64,000 bases of DNA from Antedon mediterranea (GCF_964355755.1 NC_092670.1:29686388-29750387), one strand, 5' to 3'. Shown: positions 27,020 through 43,850, counted from the first letter of the stretch. Made by a program: numbers and translations. The notes: generated by a model not told the origin, from the letters alone.

Positions 27020-29545
27020 ATGCTTAATTTGCATATTCAAAATGGCCACATCAAAAATCATAAAATACATACCAGTACCATATTTAACTATATTTATTCA
27101 AAGCTTTTAATTTATTTGTGTTAATTGCCACCTTATTTATAGAGTCCTGGTGAATTCTTCATAATGGTTATCAAAGTTTTTAATTTGCATATTCAAATTG
27201 CAGTATGCTAATAGTATAATAAAGCTACATGTTTAAGATGGTAATATACTTATAAAAGGTTATAGTTGATCCACAGATACTAGCCTCATTGATTGTATGT
27301 AAGAATTTATGCAAAATTCGGTCATATGCAATAACCCTAATTTGCATATGCAAAATAACTTTGATATTCTGTAATAACTTGCTTAAATACGTTATTTTTG
27401 TTATATTTAAAGTTTAAATTAATGTAGTACTTTTATAGATGACATACGTTATTTAGCTTTTAGTTATGAATATTATAATAGACTCGAAATAGAAATGGCT
27501 AATTTGCATATTTAAAATGGGGCGCATTTATTAATTTTCAAGCCTAGCTCCATAGCTGTCTATTTTGAGCTGTTCTCATCCATGTTATACACATATTTCT
27601 GTGAAATAATGTCATGCCACCTCACTTTACAATTCATTGAAAAGTTCATGATTCATTGGATTTCACACTGTTTCTTGGTATAGTGACAATATTTTTCCTC
27701 TACCATCTGTCAGCCATGGTGCCTAGATGAACTGCTAAAGACTTCTTTAATTTTATAGCTTTCATTAATCAGTAACCTTTGTATGACCTTGAATCATAGA
27801 CATTTTTTTCTTTCATCTGTTCCATTTCCCTATGTTTCTACACCATAAGTTATTAATGGCAATGTATTTTGCTTTTCATTACAGTCATTATCTTGACAAA
27901 AGGTACTCCTTACTCTTTGCTTTATTTCATTTTTAAGGTATTATGGTTTGTGTTAATTGTTTGACCCAAATATATATTCATCCACTTCAGATCCATTAAA
28001 TAATGTTTGATTATGTATTGGTTTCTTGAGAGTATAACTAGATCATAATCATTTGTAATCCTAATTCCTTAGTTTTATCACTCAACTCTGGTATCATTAG
28101 TTCTCGCTCAACTGAAAATATCATTTTTTCACTGTTATCATTGAGAATTAAGTTTACATAGTGTTTCTTGCAATGCACCATTAAAACAATTTGGAGAAAT
28201 AGAGTCTATGTTGTGACTCATCGGCAGATATTATTGTTGCCACTTTTCTTATTTATTAAAATAGAATGTATAATATCCTTGAGTATATTGATTGTAGAAC
28301 TGCAAGGACATCTTTTTTCGTAACATTTCTCTATCAATTGGTTAATAATATGCAAATGGTCAGTGGTAGATTCCAGTCCTGAATCTTGTTTGCTTTCTTA
28401 AATGATTAAAGTCAAGAATCTCTGTAATTCTATTTGCAATCTTCATAAAAGGTTGTAAATATTTTATAGGAGACTGTGTGCTAATACCAAAGATATGTTG
28501 ATGATGATACTCTTTTTTTTGGTGAAAATTTCTCCATTATCCGATATTTCGTTGTTCACTGGGTATATACCAGGTTTACTAAGTGTGTGCAGATACCTCC
28601 TCCACCTTCTATCTATTATGATAGCTGGAGATTTCACTTTCTGTATGTTTTATAGTGCATGTTTAACTTCCCTTATGTTGATTGGAGGTATTTCATCAGT
28701 GTTAACTTGGTATATTGATATATGGGATCGCAACCTCTATTTTGCTACTGTGTAGACCTTTAAATAATACATTATATTCCCTCAGTTAAGGTTTTCCTGA
28801 TTAATTAATACAGAGTTCAGAATTTTCTACCATCTGTGTACAAATTTGCTATTTTAGCTCTCTTCTTACTCAGGCTACATTTCGTTGAGTGTGGTTTGTT
28901 GCTCGTCCACCTTTTCCTGATGTTGTTTCCCATCAAAGATGCATTGTCCCCTCAAACATAACAAATACTACTGCCTGGTTAAAGATGATCTATTGTGGTT
29001 ATTAATGATCTAAACGGATGCCATAACCTCCAATATTTTTTTCCAGATAGATAATTCTAAATTTTAGAAATTAAGTTTCCTACTTCTTCTTCAAATTCTG
29101 TTGACAAACTTTTCTATCGTTTTGAATATGCAAATTAAGCAGATCTAGCTATTATTAATAATAACTCAGTTTTAAGAACATCTTAAACTTAGTAATTAAG
29201 AATCCCATTTTAGATCTAATTCAAACATAACAAAAATAAAAAATTTCAGCAAGTTCAGAAATGTAAAGTTATTTTGAATATTTAAATGCATATGACTGAA
29301 TGTTGCATAAATTCTAACACATTTGCAATCAGTGAGACCAGTAATTTGTGGATGAACTGAATACATTTTTAGCAACATAATAAATAAGTGGTTCCCATAA
29401 TATCTAAAACATCTATTTTAAACTATTATCATGTACCATAATTTGAATATGCAAATTATGAGCTTAGATTGACACTAGTACGATAGCAAAATAAGGTGGA
29501 AATAACACATCAATTAAAGACTCTGACTTAGGGGTTAAATATGTG
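27020..29545. mobile_element. Old element with long diverged inverted arms rich in aatttgcatattcaaa
   Basis: aatttgcatat motifs on + at 27020-27520 and their reverse complement at 29120-29460; 27080-27140 is the inverted counterpart of 29487-29545. Confidence 0.5.
27545..28930 (-). mobile_element. Degenerate RTE-clade LINE
   Basis: Minus strand gives EIPPINIREVKHAL..KSP, STDHLHIINQLIEKCY, VDEYIYLG and terminal TWMRTAQNRQLW, with many stops. Confidence 0.7.
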
Positions 29546-30269
29546 CTTGTATACTGCACCTCGAAAAGAAGCCCATGGGCTACTTTATTATTTGGTACTC
29601 TCGGGTGGGCCTCTTTTGAAGATGGGCTTGTTTTCTTTCGAAATTACTTTTGAAAATGAATTTCTACTAGTCTAGTATTACATTCTTTGGTATGGTATCC
29701 AAAGAGGTATCCCCAGATACAAACAAGGTTCACAGAGTTGCGCTGTCTATTTGGAATGGTTATTTTCCTTTGCAGAATTCTCAGTTTAAATGGGATCAAA
29801 TTAAAGCATTGAAAACACTTAAAAATGCACTATATTCTCACTACTACACAGCACATGCCATACTGTACTTTCATCCCATACATCAGCAGATGTATATGCA
29901 GATGCAAGTTGGGTGGGACTAGCAGGCAGATTGGCACAAAATGGACCTAAATCAATTTTTTTTGTGGAAATTGATCATTAATAACAACTGAAATCAATAT
30001 TCCGAAAATAGAATGGTGGGCCTTTCGTAGCATCGGGTATATAAAAAGGAAACTTCTTAAATATCAGCATTATTGTAAAAGGGTCATTCTGTAAAATTAG
30101 GGTCAAATGGGATTTTCTCATGTAAATCAAGTTCGGATGCATCTTGACTAATAAGCAGAATTTTTTTTTATTATTATTATAATGTTAACAACCTACTTAA
30201 TGGCTACCCAATGCGATATTTATACTTTAAAAATGATTTAATTTATTAATGCTGACACACATATTTAAT

Positions 30270-31252
30270 AATCTCCGTGTCCCTGAATTCCTCAGCAATG
30301 GAGAAAACAAAACCCGCTTGGTGAACATTATTCAGGATGTGGTTATTGCGAGAAAAGCAGAGGTTCTTGAGATACTAGGAAGTGACACACTATTCTACTC
30401 AAATGACAATGTTTGCCATGTCATTACCAAGGAGATTGTTAATCTCCAGTGAACTGTCCAGTAATCAAGATGAGGCAGACACAAAATTAGCCCTTCATGC
30501 CTCTTATGCTCTAAAATACAATCCAAACGGTATAATAATTGTTAGAAACCACTCCGGAGATGTTGACATCAACGTAATTATCATAACCCTGATTACAGAT
30601 GAATGTGAACGAGTACTTATTGATTTTAACACAGGAAATTATGGGCAAGTATTTCGATTGTCAGATGTCGACATGTCTACAGAAGAAAAGGCTTCACTCA
30701 TTGGATTTCATGCATTCACAGGGAATGACTACATTTCAGCCTTTTTTTCAGAAAGGTAAAACAACATGCTGGAACATTTTGCGAGACAATCCACGATTCT
30801 ACTAGCAAGTATTTATGGATGTTGGAACAGAATGGCTACCTTCAGAAATATTGACAAAACAACTGGAGGAATTCGTATGCTTGTTGTTTGGCAGTCGTAG
30901 ACTAAAAAGCGTAAATGCAGTCCGATTTTAAACATTCAAGAGGAAATATGAATCGGATAACAGAATCATAGACCTGTTACTGTTGCCACCATGTAGGAGC
31001 AGTCTATATCTTCATATATTACGCTCTTGTTTTGTAGCTAGAATCTGGAGGCTTTCTTTAATCAGCTGTCCACAATTACCTTCAGTAGAACACCATGGTT
31101 GGACTGAAGACAACCAAGTGAAATGGATAGAGACAGCATTTCCAGATGATGTAGCAAGTATTTTGCTAACCGACGGAATTGAAGATAAGGAATATGAAGA
31201 AAGAAGTGATGAAAGTGACGGGAGTGACGATAGTGACAATGAAGAAAATTAA
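30270..31252 (+). pseudogene. Academ-type transposase C-terminal half (frameshifted)
   Basis: FLSNGENKTRL; NQDEADTKLALHA; SGDVDINVI; LIGFHAFTGNDYISAFF.KGK; LPPCRSSLYLHILRSCFVARIW..HHGW; acidic tail. A possible element end (..ccggtcta) lies at ~33067. Confidence 0.75.
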
Positions 31253-34200
31253 AGACTCTATTGAGGTTTGTTGCTTTATTTTATTAACTACATGATACCA
31301 CATGAACTAAAGTTAATGATTGAAAGCGACATGTGAAATGTTTTTTACAGCATTGAGCTGACGGATTCAGATTCATACACAGATGATCAGGAAAAACTTT
31401 CCAGATTAAATACACGGCCATTACATATTCACAACCATTTTCTCCGTTTTACTTGCCATTTTGGCCTGTATGGTGGTGGACACAATATTTAATTTGAAGC
31501 ATGTTATTACACAAACCAGCTTCATAATAGTATACTGTGGTGTGTATTGCTAAATAAACTGATATTTATAGCTAAAATTATGACTTTTTCTAATTTTAAC
31601 CTATTTTAGACGCCATTTTGCCTAAATGGTGGTCGTCATAATAGTTTGAAAGCATGGTATTTTACATATATGCTTGATGGTAGTTTATAAAGGGTATGTG
31701 ACCATATTTAATTGTTTCATTTTTGTTTTAAAATGGACCTGAAATGGATTTTCAATTTTTTTCATTTTAGAATGATGTTTTGGGGGCTATTAGGTGTTGT
31801 TAGAATGTATATTGTTACAAAATATAAATTGGCCCTTTTGGGGAAAGCCCCATTTGAAAATCAAAAAAATTCGCGGGTGACGTCACTTTGCGAATATATT
31901 TCTATCCCTCCAATGGACAATTTGCAGTTTTTTGGCTATAACTCTTGAAATCTATGGAGTATTTTCTAAAAAATGCTTGTGCATTTGCAGAAACGTATTT
32001 AGAATTTTTTTAGATAAAATTATTACCGTATAAACGGTTATTCATCGAGTAAATGACGATTTAAAATCTTAAAATCAACGGTTTTTTTCTGGCAATACCG
32101 AAGTTGGCCTGGCAACGTTGTCCGGGATACAGCTCCGTGCGCAATGATGCGTATCCATATTTTCCGTTCGTGTATTTTGTATATCGTTCGTAATTTATAC
32201 TGCTAAAATGTGTTAGTTTCTTTAGTTTTTAGTTTAGCAGAATTAAATTAGTAATATGAGATGATAATTTATTTCTCACGAATCAGGCAGTTCGAAAACG
32301 AATTTTATTCATATTTTACTTTGGCTTGACAATGAGCGCAGCAAGTTGTTGATATCGCTTTGGTCCTTGGATGCAAATGAAACGGAGCCTCGCCGCATGA
32401 TGTGGGTGGTGGATCGACTCCGCGCGCTGGATTGGGGGCCTAGGCCTAGTGAAGGTTTGGGAGGTAGGCCTTCTAAATTCGGGTTTTATAATAAACGAAG
32501 TACATTTTAGGGACCTATATTTCAACAACATTAGATATTGAATAAATTAGTATTATTAGTGTCAACGCTTCGCGTATCTTTCCAGGCTGTCGATCATTCA
32601 CTGACTATCGGGCGGCATACACGCTCTCGGATATCATCGTGTGTATATGTGACGTCGTGAATATAGAGGCTTCCGACGGCCGTTGAAATAGAATATTGCA
32701 ATGGCGTGAGTAATTTTCGCTAATTTACCATGGTATCTTAAAATTTCGTTTTTACTCAAAATACTATACATTTTGTTTTTATTTGTATGGGTTTGTGTTA
32801 ATTTGATACATTTAAATAACATGTGTGAATTTCTTGAAAATCGAAATTCCATTTCAGGTCCATTTTAAGTAATACTTATATACTTATAAAATATGATTTT
32901 TTTTTAGTAAAATGGGGCTATTTTGGCAGCCATTTTGATTTATCACCCCAACCCACCCCAAAATGCGCGTTTACCTGAACTTTTCTGTTCATACACATGA
33001 TAAGGGCCCAAGAAAACATTGTGTCATTAATGTCCTCTCCGGGTGGCACCTTCTGAAGCCGGTCTACTGTAGGTTAGGTAAGAAGTCAATTGTTGACTTG
33101 TTTTGATTGTTGTTTGTTTTGTTTTCTTTGTCATGCTGGCTAGGTCTGTCATATAGGCTAGGCTGGTACGTAAATTGGTGTTGTCATTACGTGTCCTCTT
33201 ATTTTACAACAACTACGTTATAAGGCAATAAACAAAAATAATGTATATAATAGGTCTGGCTAGGCTTAGACGCCTAATTTGTTGACATACTCTCTCAAAA
33301 TAATATTTAATAAATTCCATTTGAAGTCTAAAAAGTGGCTTAATTAATAATTAGTAGTTAGCCTAGCTAGGCTAGGCCTGCTATATTATATTATTAAAGA
33401 TGGTTGATAATTGCTAGGTTTTATTTCAATGATTGAGACGTTTTTCTTTCATGGCCTAATTAATATTGGTGTAAATTGTAACCAACAATTTAATTGGAAG
33501 TGATTTTTCTCAGACTTAAAATTTATAACATCTCAAATAGGTAGAGTGGTGTGTATGAGAAGGTTGACTATAATAGTACAGGTCTATACTAGGTCTAGTA
33601 AGCAGGCTTGTGCTTTGTTTTGTAGGTGTAGTCTATGTCAATAGTACAAACAAGGGCCAACAATTTGCTGGAAAATCAATACAAGTAGTAAACTGTGTTC
33701 AATAAAGTCTTTCTACATGTCGACGTAATGTTACGGTGAGTTGTGTTAAATTTTCAAATCAAATAACGATACTGATAATCGAGCAGGACCGCTAATATTA
33801 ACACATTTTTACGCGATTGTTAATGGGTTCTTTCGAGGGTTGCTGGGAGTGTTGCAAAACCAAGGCTGGTGACTCACAGCCAGGCCCGCATGAAAATTGA
33901 TAAATTTACAGGTTTTGATGCTTCAACCCAGCCTAGGACATCTTTTTTTGCTGATATCTTAATCTAGGATTAGACTAACTTTCACTTGTTATTTGAAAAT
34001 ATCAGACCTTAAAATAAAAGTGTACAAAAAAGGTGAAAAATGATTGCAGATTTTAATGATTGTTAATGTTGATTTTTCCTGTAAAGTTGTTGAATCAGGA
34101 TTGACAGGAAAACAGGCTTAAACAACACATTTCGTATATTATGAATACAAAAATAATCTGTGTAAGAAAGTTTAGTTTTTGCTATAGTGCCATTATATTA

Positions 34201-34629
34201 AAGATGTATATAATTCAATAACAAAGGTCAGAGCCAAAAACAAGTTTAACACAAGCTTACCTTCTTAACATCGCCATGTACATACTGTATGCCTTGTCCA
34301 CTTCCTTGAGGTACGTCGTTCGACCGGCGACTACTATTAGTATGCCTACCTAGCAAATTTAGAAGAAACTATAGTTTACTAGGCCTTGCCTATTTTGTGA
34401 TACGGGTAGGGTAGGTTTGGCCAGTATGCGTACCTTTTTATGGCCAGCGGATATTGCGCAATATGGCCATCGGGCGTCCAATTATGGCGCAATAATTTTT
34501 CGATGGCAGCATCCGTTCGGTCCATGCGTGTGAAATACGTACAATGCGACAGAGGGTGCTATATACATAATTAATTTTATATATACAGCATTTGCAAGTA
34601 GGGCAAGCCTAAACTGAGGCCTCTAAAAG

Positions 34630-37372
34630 TAGGTATCCCAATGAAGCGGATTTCCGTTATGGCGATTTTAACACGTTCATGAAATTTCAAAAAGTGACAT
34701 GTCTTTGAAGTTAAAAATATACTATTTCTTATGTAGCCATGTGAATAAAATTTATTTCTAGAAAGATCTTGTTTAAGATTTTATTTATATATATTTTTAA
34801 TCTATGTTTATTAAATATTTTAATAGAAAACGCGAGTTAAAAAGGAGGTACAAAAGCCGGCGAGCCGAAATCCGCGCGCTAAAAATAACTTCGGAAAACA
34901 CCTACCCATTTTCAAAACACGATCGCTCGGCGACCATAATAGGTGGTGTAGTAATTTTTGTTGCATGTTATCAGGCTTTCAATACTCTTTATTTTGATAT
35001 GTAAATTGGTTATTTACCTCCGCCAAGGAGGTATATGTAATCGGTAGCGTGTGTTTGTTTGTAACTTGGCCAAATTGAAAATTGGCCAAGTATGTTGATC
35101 TGTTTGGTTTGTGTTTGTTTGTTTGTTTGTCATCACTCTAGCGCTCACAGTTTAGATTCGAATGACTCCAAATTACTTCCATACATGTCACCTGGTGTAA
35201 GGACGACACTGCCCAATTTTGGTTAAAATCTGGACCACGGTCCCAATTCTGGACCACTTTTAAAATTATTTTCAGACCTGCTAGTGTTAAAAGATAGGAC
35301 AGAATTATCAAAAGCCGGTGAGCAGTCTTAAATTAACAAGTAAACTAAAATTGCATTTTCTCGAGAACTACTTCTCTAAAAAACTTCATTTTTGTATAAG
35401 AGGCAAGAGTTATAATTTGTGATTTGTAGTTTTAAAACATAAGTTGATTTAATATACAGGTTTTTTGATGCTAATAGTTTAAAAAAACCTCATTCTTTTC
35501 AAATTCACCCGTGTGTTTTTCGCGTTGCTGTTCTATTGTTAGTCTACTGAAGCTATTGTTAGTTGAAAGACTGGTTACATAACCTTTACAGCAAACTCGT
35601 ATACACATGATTGTAGTGAAATTAGCCTAAATCACAAACAGCATTAAGACACGCACAAATATATATTTATTTTTTTTACCGGAGAAATCTTATGTAGGAG
35701 AATTTTACAGTAGGCGGAGGTATGCACTCTCGGAGTGGCTTTCTAGTTATTATTATGTACATCCGCCTCAAATGTCAATTTTTCCGATAAAAATTAAATT
35801 TTTGAGTCTTTCTCATTATCAAAATCTGGGGAATTTAGTATTGAATTGAAGCTAATTTATATTTCTGTTTGATAAACTACATTGTTTTATTTGTCTTTGC
35901 GTGGTCGTCGTGTGAAGAGGCCAACACGACCAACCACTTAAAAAAATAATCCCTATCGAAAATAAAAGTATTTACCATTTTCCTTGCCGGGGGATTCAGT
36001 TCTCAGCTTATTACTAAATTACCGTCGCCCAGGCAATTTGCATGGTATGCATGTAAAATTATGATTGGATACCCCCGCAGTGGACTGTTCCATTTTTTGA
36101 ACTAGTCTTTCCTGCACACACGAGGCATGTCGAGGAATGTCGCTTCTCATAGAATATTTGCTTCGAAACGTCAATTTTACCGATTTATTAAAGTATTTAA
36201 TAAGTGGAGTATTTATCAAGCTACTATATAAAGCAAGTACGTTAGGAATAAATGTACCGAAGGAATTTAAGAAGCTTTAAATTTGCTATGCAGCGGCCGT
36301 AACCCATTCTATGTAGGCGGCCGAAAGGCGATTTTGACAGGGTTTCCGTTGTATACGCATTACTCCATGGTATACGCTGTATCTTGGCCTAAACGTGATT
36401 CCGTATTTCAATTTAAAGTGCACCTTACGGTTAGAATATTTGAAAAGGAAATAAAATTAAACATATTAATATATACTATTGAAGTAATTACTTAGTTAAA
36501 TTTTAAATTCGTCTGCTTTCCTCCCGATATTTCTTCGGCAGAATTTAGTGGTGTTAGGCTTTAGGCTTTAGGCCTATATAAACTTAACTTGTACACGGCG
36601 CGGCCGAGTTTACGCCCGGAATGGAATCGAACGCATAATAAGCACGGGCTTAATTCTAATTTTTAGCAGTTCGAAAATCAATTAAAATAATATTTATGAT
36701 TATAATTAAAAATTTAAATTCTAGAATTATAAAAAAATGTATACTTACAAAAAATAATATTTAATAAAAAGAAACAATAGCCACACCGTTTTTTAACACA
36801 ATATATATTTTTTTAAATTTTAGCATTTTTTAACAATATTTATGTTGTATTTCAGAAATACCTACCCGTCAATATAAATAATCTTACTAAAATACATATT
36901 ACATTCTATGCAATGCAAAAAAAAAGAAGTCAATTCATACACTGGTTCAAAAGTTACAAATCATTTAAAGACAGGAACTACATTTGGAAAAAATTAGCGC
37001 AAAAAGCTCTAAAAAATGTTGAGGACCCCCCCCCCCCCACACACACACACACACAAAAAATAGTCTTGTACAACTCTGTGGTATCTATGGGTTTAGCAAA
37101 AATTAGAACTTTCAAGTTATTAATATAAAAGTTATAACCCTTCAAAAATATAATATAATATAAATATAAATATAAATAATATAATTGGAAAAAATGTCAT
37201 TTTTCAACAAAAAATCATCGTTTTTTGGCAACTTCAAACGGACGATAACTTTTGAATGGATAATCCGATTTCAATCATTTATATTGTAAAAGTTTATGTT
37301 CAGTAATTTCCTTTTGATTAACTGAAAGAAAAAGTACCATCATTAATTTGAAATTTTACATTGGGATACCTA
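34630..37372. mobile_element. Non-autonomous TIR element, TAGG ends, 7-bp TSD (copy 2)
   Basis: Same 14-bp TIR as 11143-13160 and colinear with it; ctaaaag on both flanks. Confidence 0.9.
35013..35746 (+). mobile_element. Helentron-associated non-autonomous element (DINE-1/HINE-like)
   Basis: 5' tttacctccgccaaggagg, a (gttt)n tract, 3' ggcggaggta plus hairpin cactctcggagtg plus ctag; absent from the paralogous site at ~11527; no TSD. Confidence 0.85.
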
Positions 37373-37819
37373 CTAAAAGCCTATCTATCTGTTCAGAGCA
37401 TACATAGCAGGCTAGCCTAATTAAGTTAAACTGATTTAATAAATTATACTACTGTATTTTAGGGAATAATTAATAACAGTAATTCTTAACTGCCTTGCTT
37501 ATGCCTAGTTGAACTATTATAATGTCAATCAAAAAACATTTTAAATGAAAGATCACATTAATTTTTTTTATATTTTTTTTTCTGATAAATAATAATAATA
37601 ATTTATATCCTAGTGTATGCTCCTTTGTATAGGAGAAGGGAAGGGAATGAATGAGTTTATTACATGTTACGTATGTAGATTAAGTAAGATTACCTATGTT
37701 TTTGTTTATCTTGTGCTTTTATTTATTATATATTGTTGTAAAGGTCAAGATAAAGGTATTTATCTTAGTCCTCCAGCTTAACTGGAAACTGAGGAAATTC
37801 GGATTAGGCCCTCTACGGA

Positions 37820-37962
37820 CCCACGGTAGCCAGCAGTGCAGCGCCTACCAGATCAGCACACCAGGAGACAATCCCCTACTCATTTCGAATAGTGTACCAA
37901 GTTCTTTACCATGCACTGTTAAGTACACGGGACCAACGGCTTTACATCCCATCCGAAGAACG
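37820..37962 (-). mobile_element. SINE fragment with Nin/Deu-type conserved core
   Basis: ccctactcatttcgaatagtg..gttcttta..acgggacc.acggcttta..catccgaag resembles the reverse complement of the Nin/DeuSINE core as I recall it. Confidence 0.55.
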
Positions 37963-38820
37963 CACCTTCAAAATGTGAAGTGTGCCACTGTTACAAAAGT
38001 GAAGTTCCGAAATAAATTGTTATAAATTATTATTATTATAGGCAAAAGTGTTTACAGTGGGCCTAGGCCAAAAATTGAAACTCCTAAAAATGAAAATCGA
38101 CTCTTTGCCGGCCGATGATTCCATAGCTATCCACACAGAGCCCGCAGCCCGATACGTTAGTATATGATTGCTCAATTAATTATCTTTCTCATGAGTTGTC
38201 AACATTTTGATGACGTCATCACGCGTAAAAACTTGAATAACGTAGGTCTTGTAATTTCACATACACCATATTTTTTAATATCTTGCAGCTCTTCAGAATT
38301 AAAGGTGACCTTGATTTTAATTTATTATTAAAGCTGATGAAATGTAGATATGAATTCATATAACAATTAAGACTATCAGATATGTTGACCAGTTGAAGTT
38401 AAAAAGTAGTCTTTTTCTCTCTTTCGTCAAATTTATACAAATTTTGAAGAGTGCGCAGTGCACTTCTACGTGTAAAATTTTCTTCCAAATATTATAATTG
38501 TTTGCTCAATTCATTATCTTTCGAAAATGTGTTCTTCAAGTTTATTTTGACAACGTCATCATTCCAAAAAATTAGAACGTCGTCATCATACCAAAAAATT
38601 AGAACATGATGTGGTTCCCGTAATTTCATCTATGTTATACTGTATATAGATATACAGTACACTGTACCGTATAGAGTATATATTCTTCTATGACACATAT
38701 TAGCACCATAAGCATATATGCATCAGTTAATAGGATTGCATAAATCAATATTTTGTAGTCATATTTAACGTACGTCCATGTTTAAAAAAAATTAAATATC
38801 ATTAAAATGATAAAAATGAT

Positions 38821-38860
38821 CACCTATAATTCGTCAAAGTGACGAATTAAATTTTAGTTT
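38821..38860 (+). mobile_element. Helentron-type 3' end related to the 40655-43781 family
   Basis: acctataattcgtcaaagtgacgaattaaa, nearly identical to the hairpin at 43747-43777. Confidence 0.6.
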
Positions 38861-40703
38861 TATATTGAATTAGGCCTAGGCTAGGCCTGCTCCTTCTAGC
38901 CTAGGCCTATTATTATTAATGTAAAAAATCACACTCGTCATACAAGTAACAGGATAGGACTAGCTAGATACAGTAGGGATTACGGTCGAAGCGGCCACCA
39001 ACCAAAGCAGTCGCTAGTCCGGTCTGTATGGAACTCCGTGTGCGAATTGGTTTGTAATCTTTGATTGTCATTGGACAGGTTTTCTTTACCTCGGATGTAA
39101 ATAACAATTATTAATATTATGTAAATTATTCTCTATTTTTACAGATTGAATGTGATACATTCTTTTAAATGAAATGGTAAATACATGATTACTTATTTTA
39201 ACTGTTCTAAATGATATACCGTATATGTTTAATAAAGTCAATAAAATACATTATGGTGTTTGTATTGTATATTAATATTTAATAAGCCAATTATTAAATA
39301 TTCTATTTTGTCAATAAAGTATATCAAAATATATATATATTTTTTTTATTGTATATTAATTAATTAGTAAAGTAACTAGTAGTGTTCGCAATCATAATTT
39401 GTTAACTTCTAATTTATTTACGATAACATGATGGCAGCAATTTATTTATTTAATATCCTACATTATTTTATACCTTCAGATATATTTTTTCCCTTCATTA
39501 CCATCCAATATATTAATAGGGTTAACGATGTAAAATTAAAAGTTGTTATTTTTCAACCAATTTAAACATTATCTGTTAGTATTTTGTTTCAATATTCCAA
39601 AAAAGAAAAAAATACGAAAATCTGAATCTGAAAATCGTTTTTAGCCACGAATGTTGTCAAAGCCATATATATAAAGAGTTGCGACTTTGAATGGAGTAGA
39701 AGCCATGTTTTTGTTCAACTATTCCTATGTAGAGTATGGAGTTGAGTTCTTTGTTTTAAAAATGTATAACGTTCAAAAGGCTTTAACTATTGAATTTAGT
39801 ATCAAAACAATCAATTTGTTTAAAGGTTTTTGTTAAAATAATAAAAAAATTATAAAGTTACTGCGAACATGACTTTAAACACCAAAAATAGCAATTTGGA
39901 AACAGCTCTGGCTGTGCGCTCCATGCACGCTCTACGCATGCGCGTTTAGTTTGTACAGCGATTCTCTATAGTCAACGCATTGTTTTTACATTTTGTTTAA
40001 TCATGTTTGCAGTAAGTTTATGATTTCGTTATTTCGTTTTATTTCACCCGGTCGCGGGTATATTGCATCTTTTTTTTTTTTTTGAGAATTAAGAGTGGTG
40101 GCTAACCACCCTATTCACCTCACTAGATCCGCCACTGGATTCAATAGCATAGATAAATATTAAAATACAAATAAATATACATTAATTTATCGGCAGGCAA
40201 ACTTAAATATTCTAGAAATATAAAGATTCGGGCACTAATCCAGTTTCGTAAAATTGTAAAAAATGTTTTTTTATTTATAACTATTTTTAATCAATTAATA
40301 CTGAGCACCCTTCGGAAATAAATTGCCAGCTTAGATTCGCGAAAATCATTGCTAGGCCTGCCGATAAAAGTATGGAGGCCCCACAGGACATTAACTCGAT
40401 TAATAGAGTAAACAGTTGCGTCCTATAGTTACCAATGTAACTAAAGCACGCACTAAATAAAAATTTGCATTATTTCCGACATGCGTTTCGTATTTTTAAT
40501 AAAGAAATACTATACAATTGTTGTATTCGTCATTGTGGGTATCATCATATGTTATGTTTTTAATTTGTTCTTTCATTAGTAGAATTTCAAACAAAAAACT
40601 GCAAACTCTTGAAGATACAAGTACTACTGACCAATTTTCCTCTGCTTTAGATTATTAGGTTATATGCATGATATGCATATAACCTCTTGATTCTGTCAGA
40701 ATC

Positions 40704-42517
<1,814 letters not shown>

Positions 42518-43043
42518 CTTTCCTTAGCACTATTTTGTCCGTGCATTATCTTGGCATCAGTTTAATCTAGCTAAGTCAAGTTTTCAGAGTATATTCCTCA
42601 TGGCCAGGAATCGATGTGGTTATATTTTCACGATGCGTAGTCAAAAATTATGCGGTCTACGCGTGATTTTACGAAATCACGTTTGTAATCATATCTTCAC
42701 AAGCATGAATCACAATTAAACAAAATTTGGTACTCATAAATTTCAGGTCATATTTCATCATATGGCAATAAAATTACGTGTGTAGCGCATATAACGCTTG
42801 CGTACGCGCGCTTAAAATGTTCGAAATTGTCAAAATTTATTTTCGATGAAATTAGAGTACGTTTCAGGCAATTTTAAGCGTTTAAAAAATTGCCATGAGT
42901 GCGCAGATTTTTGCACGCGCACTGCGCGTTAAACGTTAATGCGCACCATCATAGTAAAAAATTATAATTCATTTCGGTATGTAATAATCTATTTGCATCA
43001 AAGTGGTTACTGCATAGTAAATACACGGAGGAATTTTTCTACA

Positions 43044-43664
43044 ACTTTTAGTCAGTTGTGTACGGCTCGGTGGTCTCTGCTCGTGTCTATGGCATTCAAG
43101 GTACCGAGATCGAGTCTCACCTTGGGAAACGAAATAAGATTTTTTTTTTATTATCCGTATTGTTTGTTCAAATTTATTTCTTAGTGTATAGATTATACAC
43201 ATGATTTATAATGAAATCTAGATAAAAATTAACTTATGTCTTTATTATTATGTAACAACAAATGTGGTTTATGACATTATACGCATATGGATCTGTGATC
43301 GGATTGTGATACCGGCTATGGTGTTCGCGTTAGCAAGGTCCTATCATATATTATACTTTTAGTCAGTTGTGTACGGCTCGGTGGTCTCTGCTCGTGTCTA
43401 TGGCATTCAAGGTACCGAGATCGAGTCTCACCTTGGGAAACGAAATAAGATTTTTTTTTTATTATCCGTATTGTTTGTTCAAATTTATTTCTTAGTGTAT
43501 AGATTATACACATGATTTATAATGAAATCTAGATAAAAATTAACTTATGTCTTTATTATTATGTAACAACAAATGTGGTTATGACATTATACGCATATGG
43601 ATCTGTGATCGGATTGTGATACCGGCTATGGTGTTCGCGTTAGCAAGGTCCTATCATATATTAT
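43044..43664. repeat. Near-identical ~311-bp tandem duplication
   Basis: 43044-43354 is repeated at 43355-43664; I saw only a 1-nt indel. Confidence 0.95.
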
Positions 43665-43850
43665 AAATAATTAAAGATTCTGAGAAAATCAATCAATCAA
43701 TATATCTTTTAAAAATCAATTATCTTTATTTAAATCAATGCATATAACCTATAATTCGTCATAGTGACGAATTAAATCTAGTTTTATTATAGTTTGTAGG
43801 TCAAATAAATAATGAAATGAATAAAAATAATTACAGTACTTCAGTGCAGG

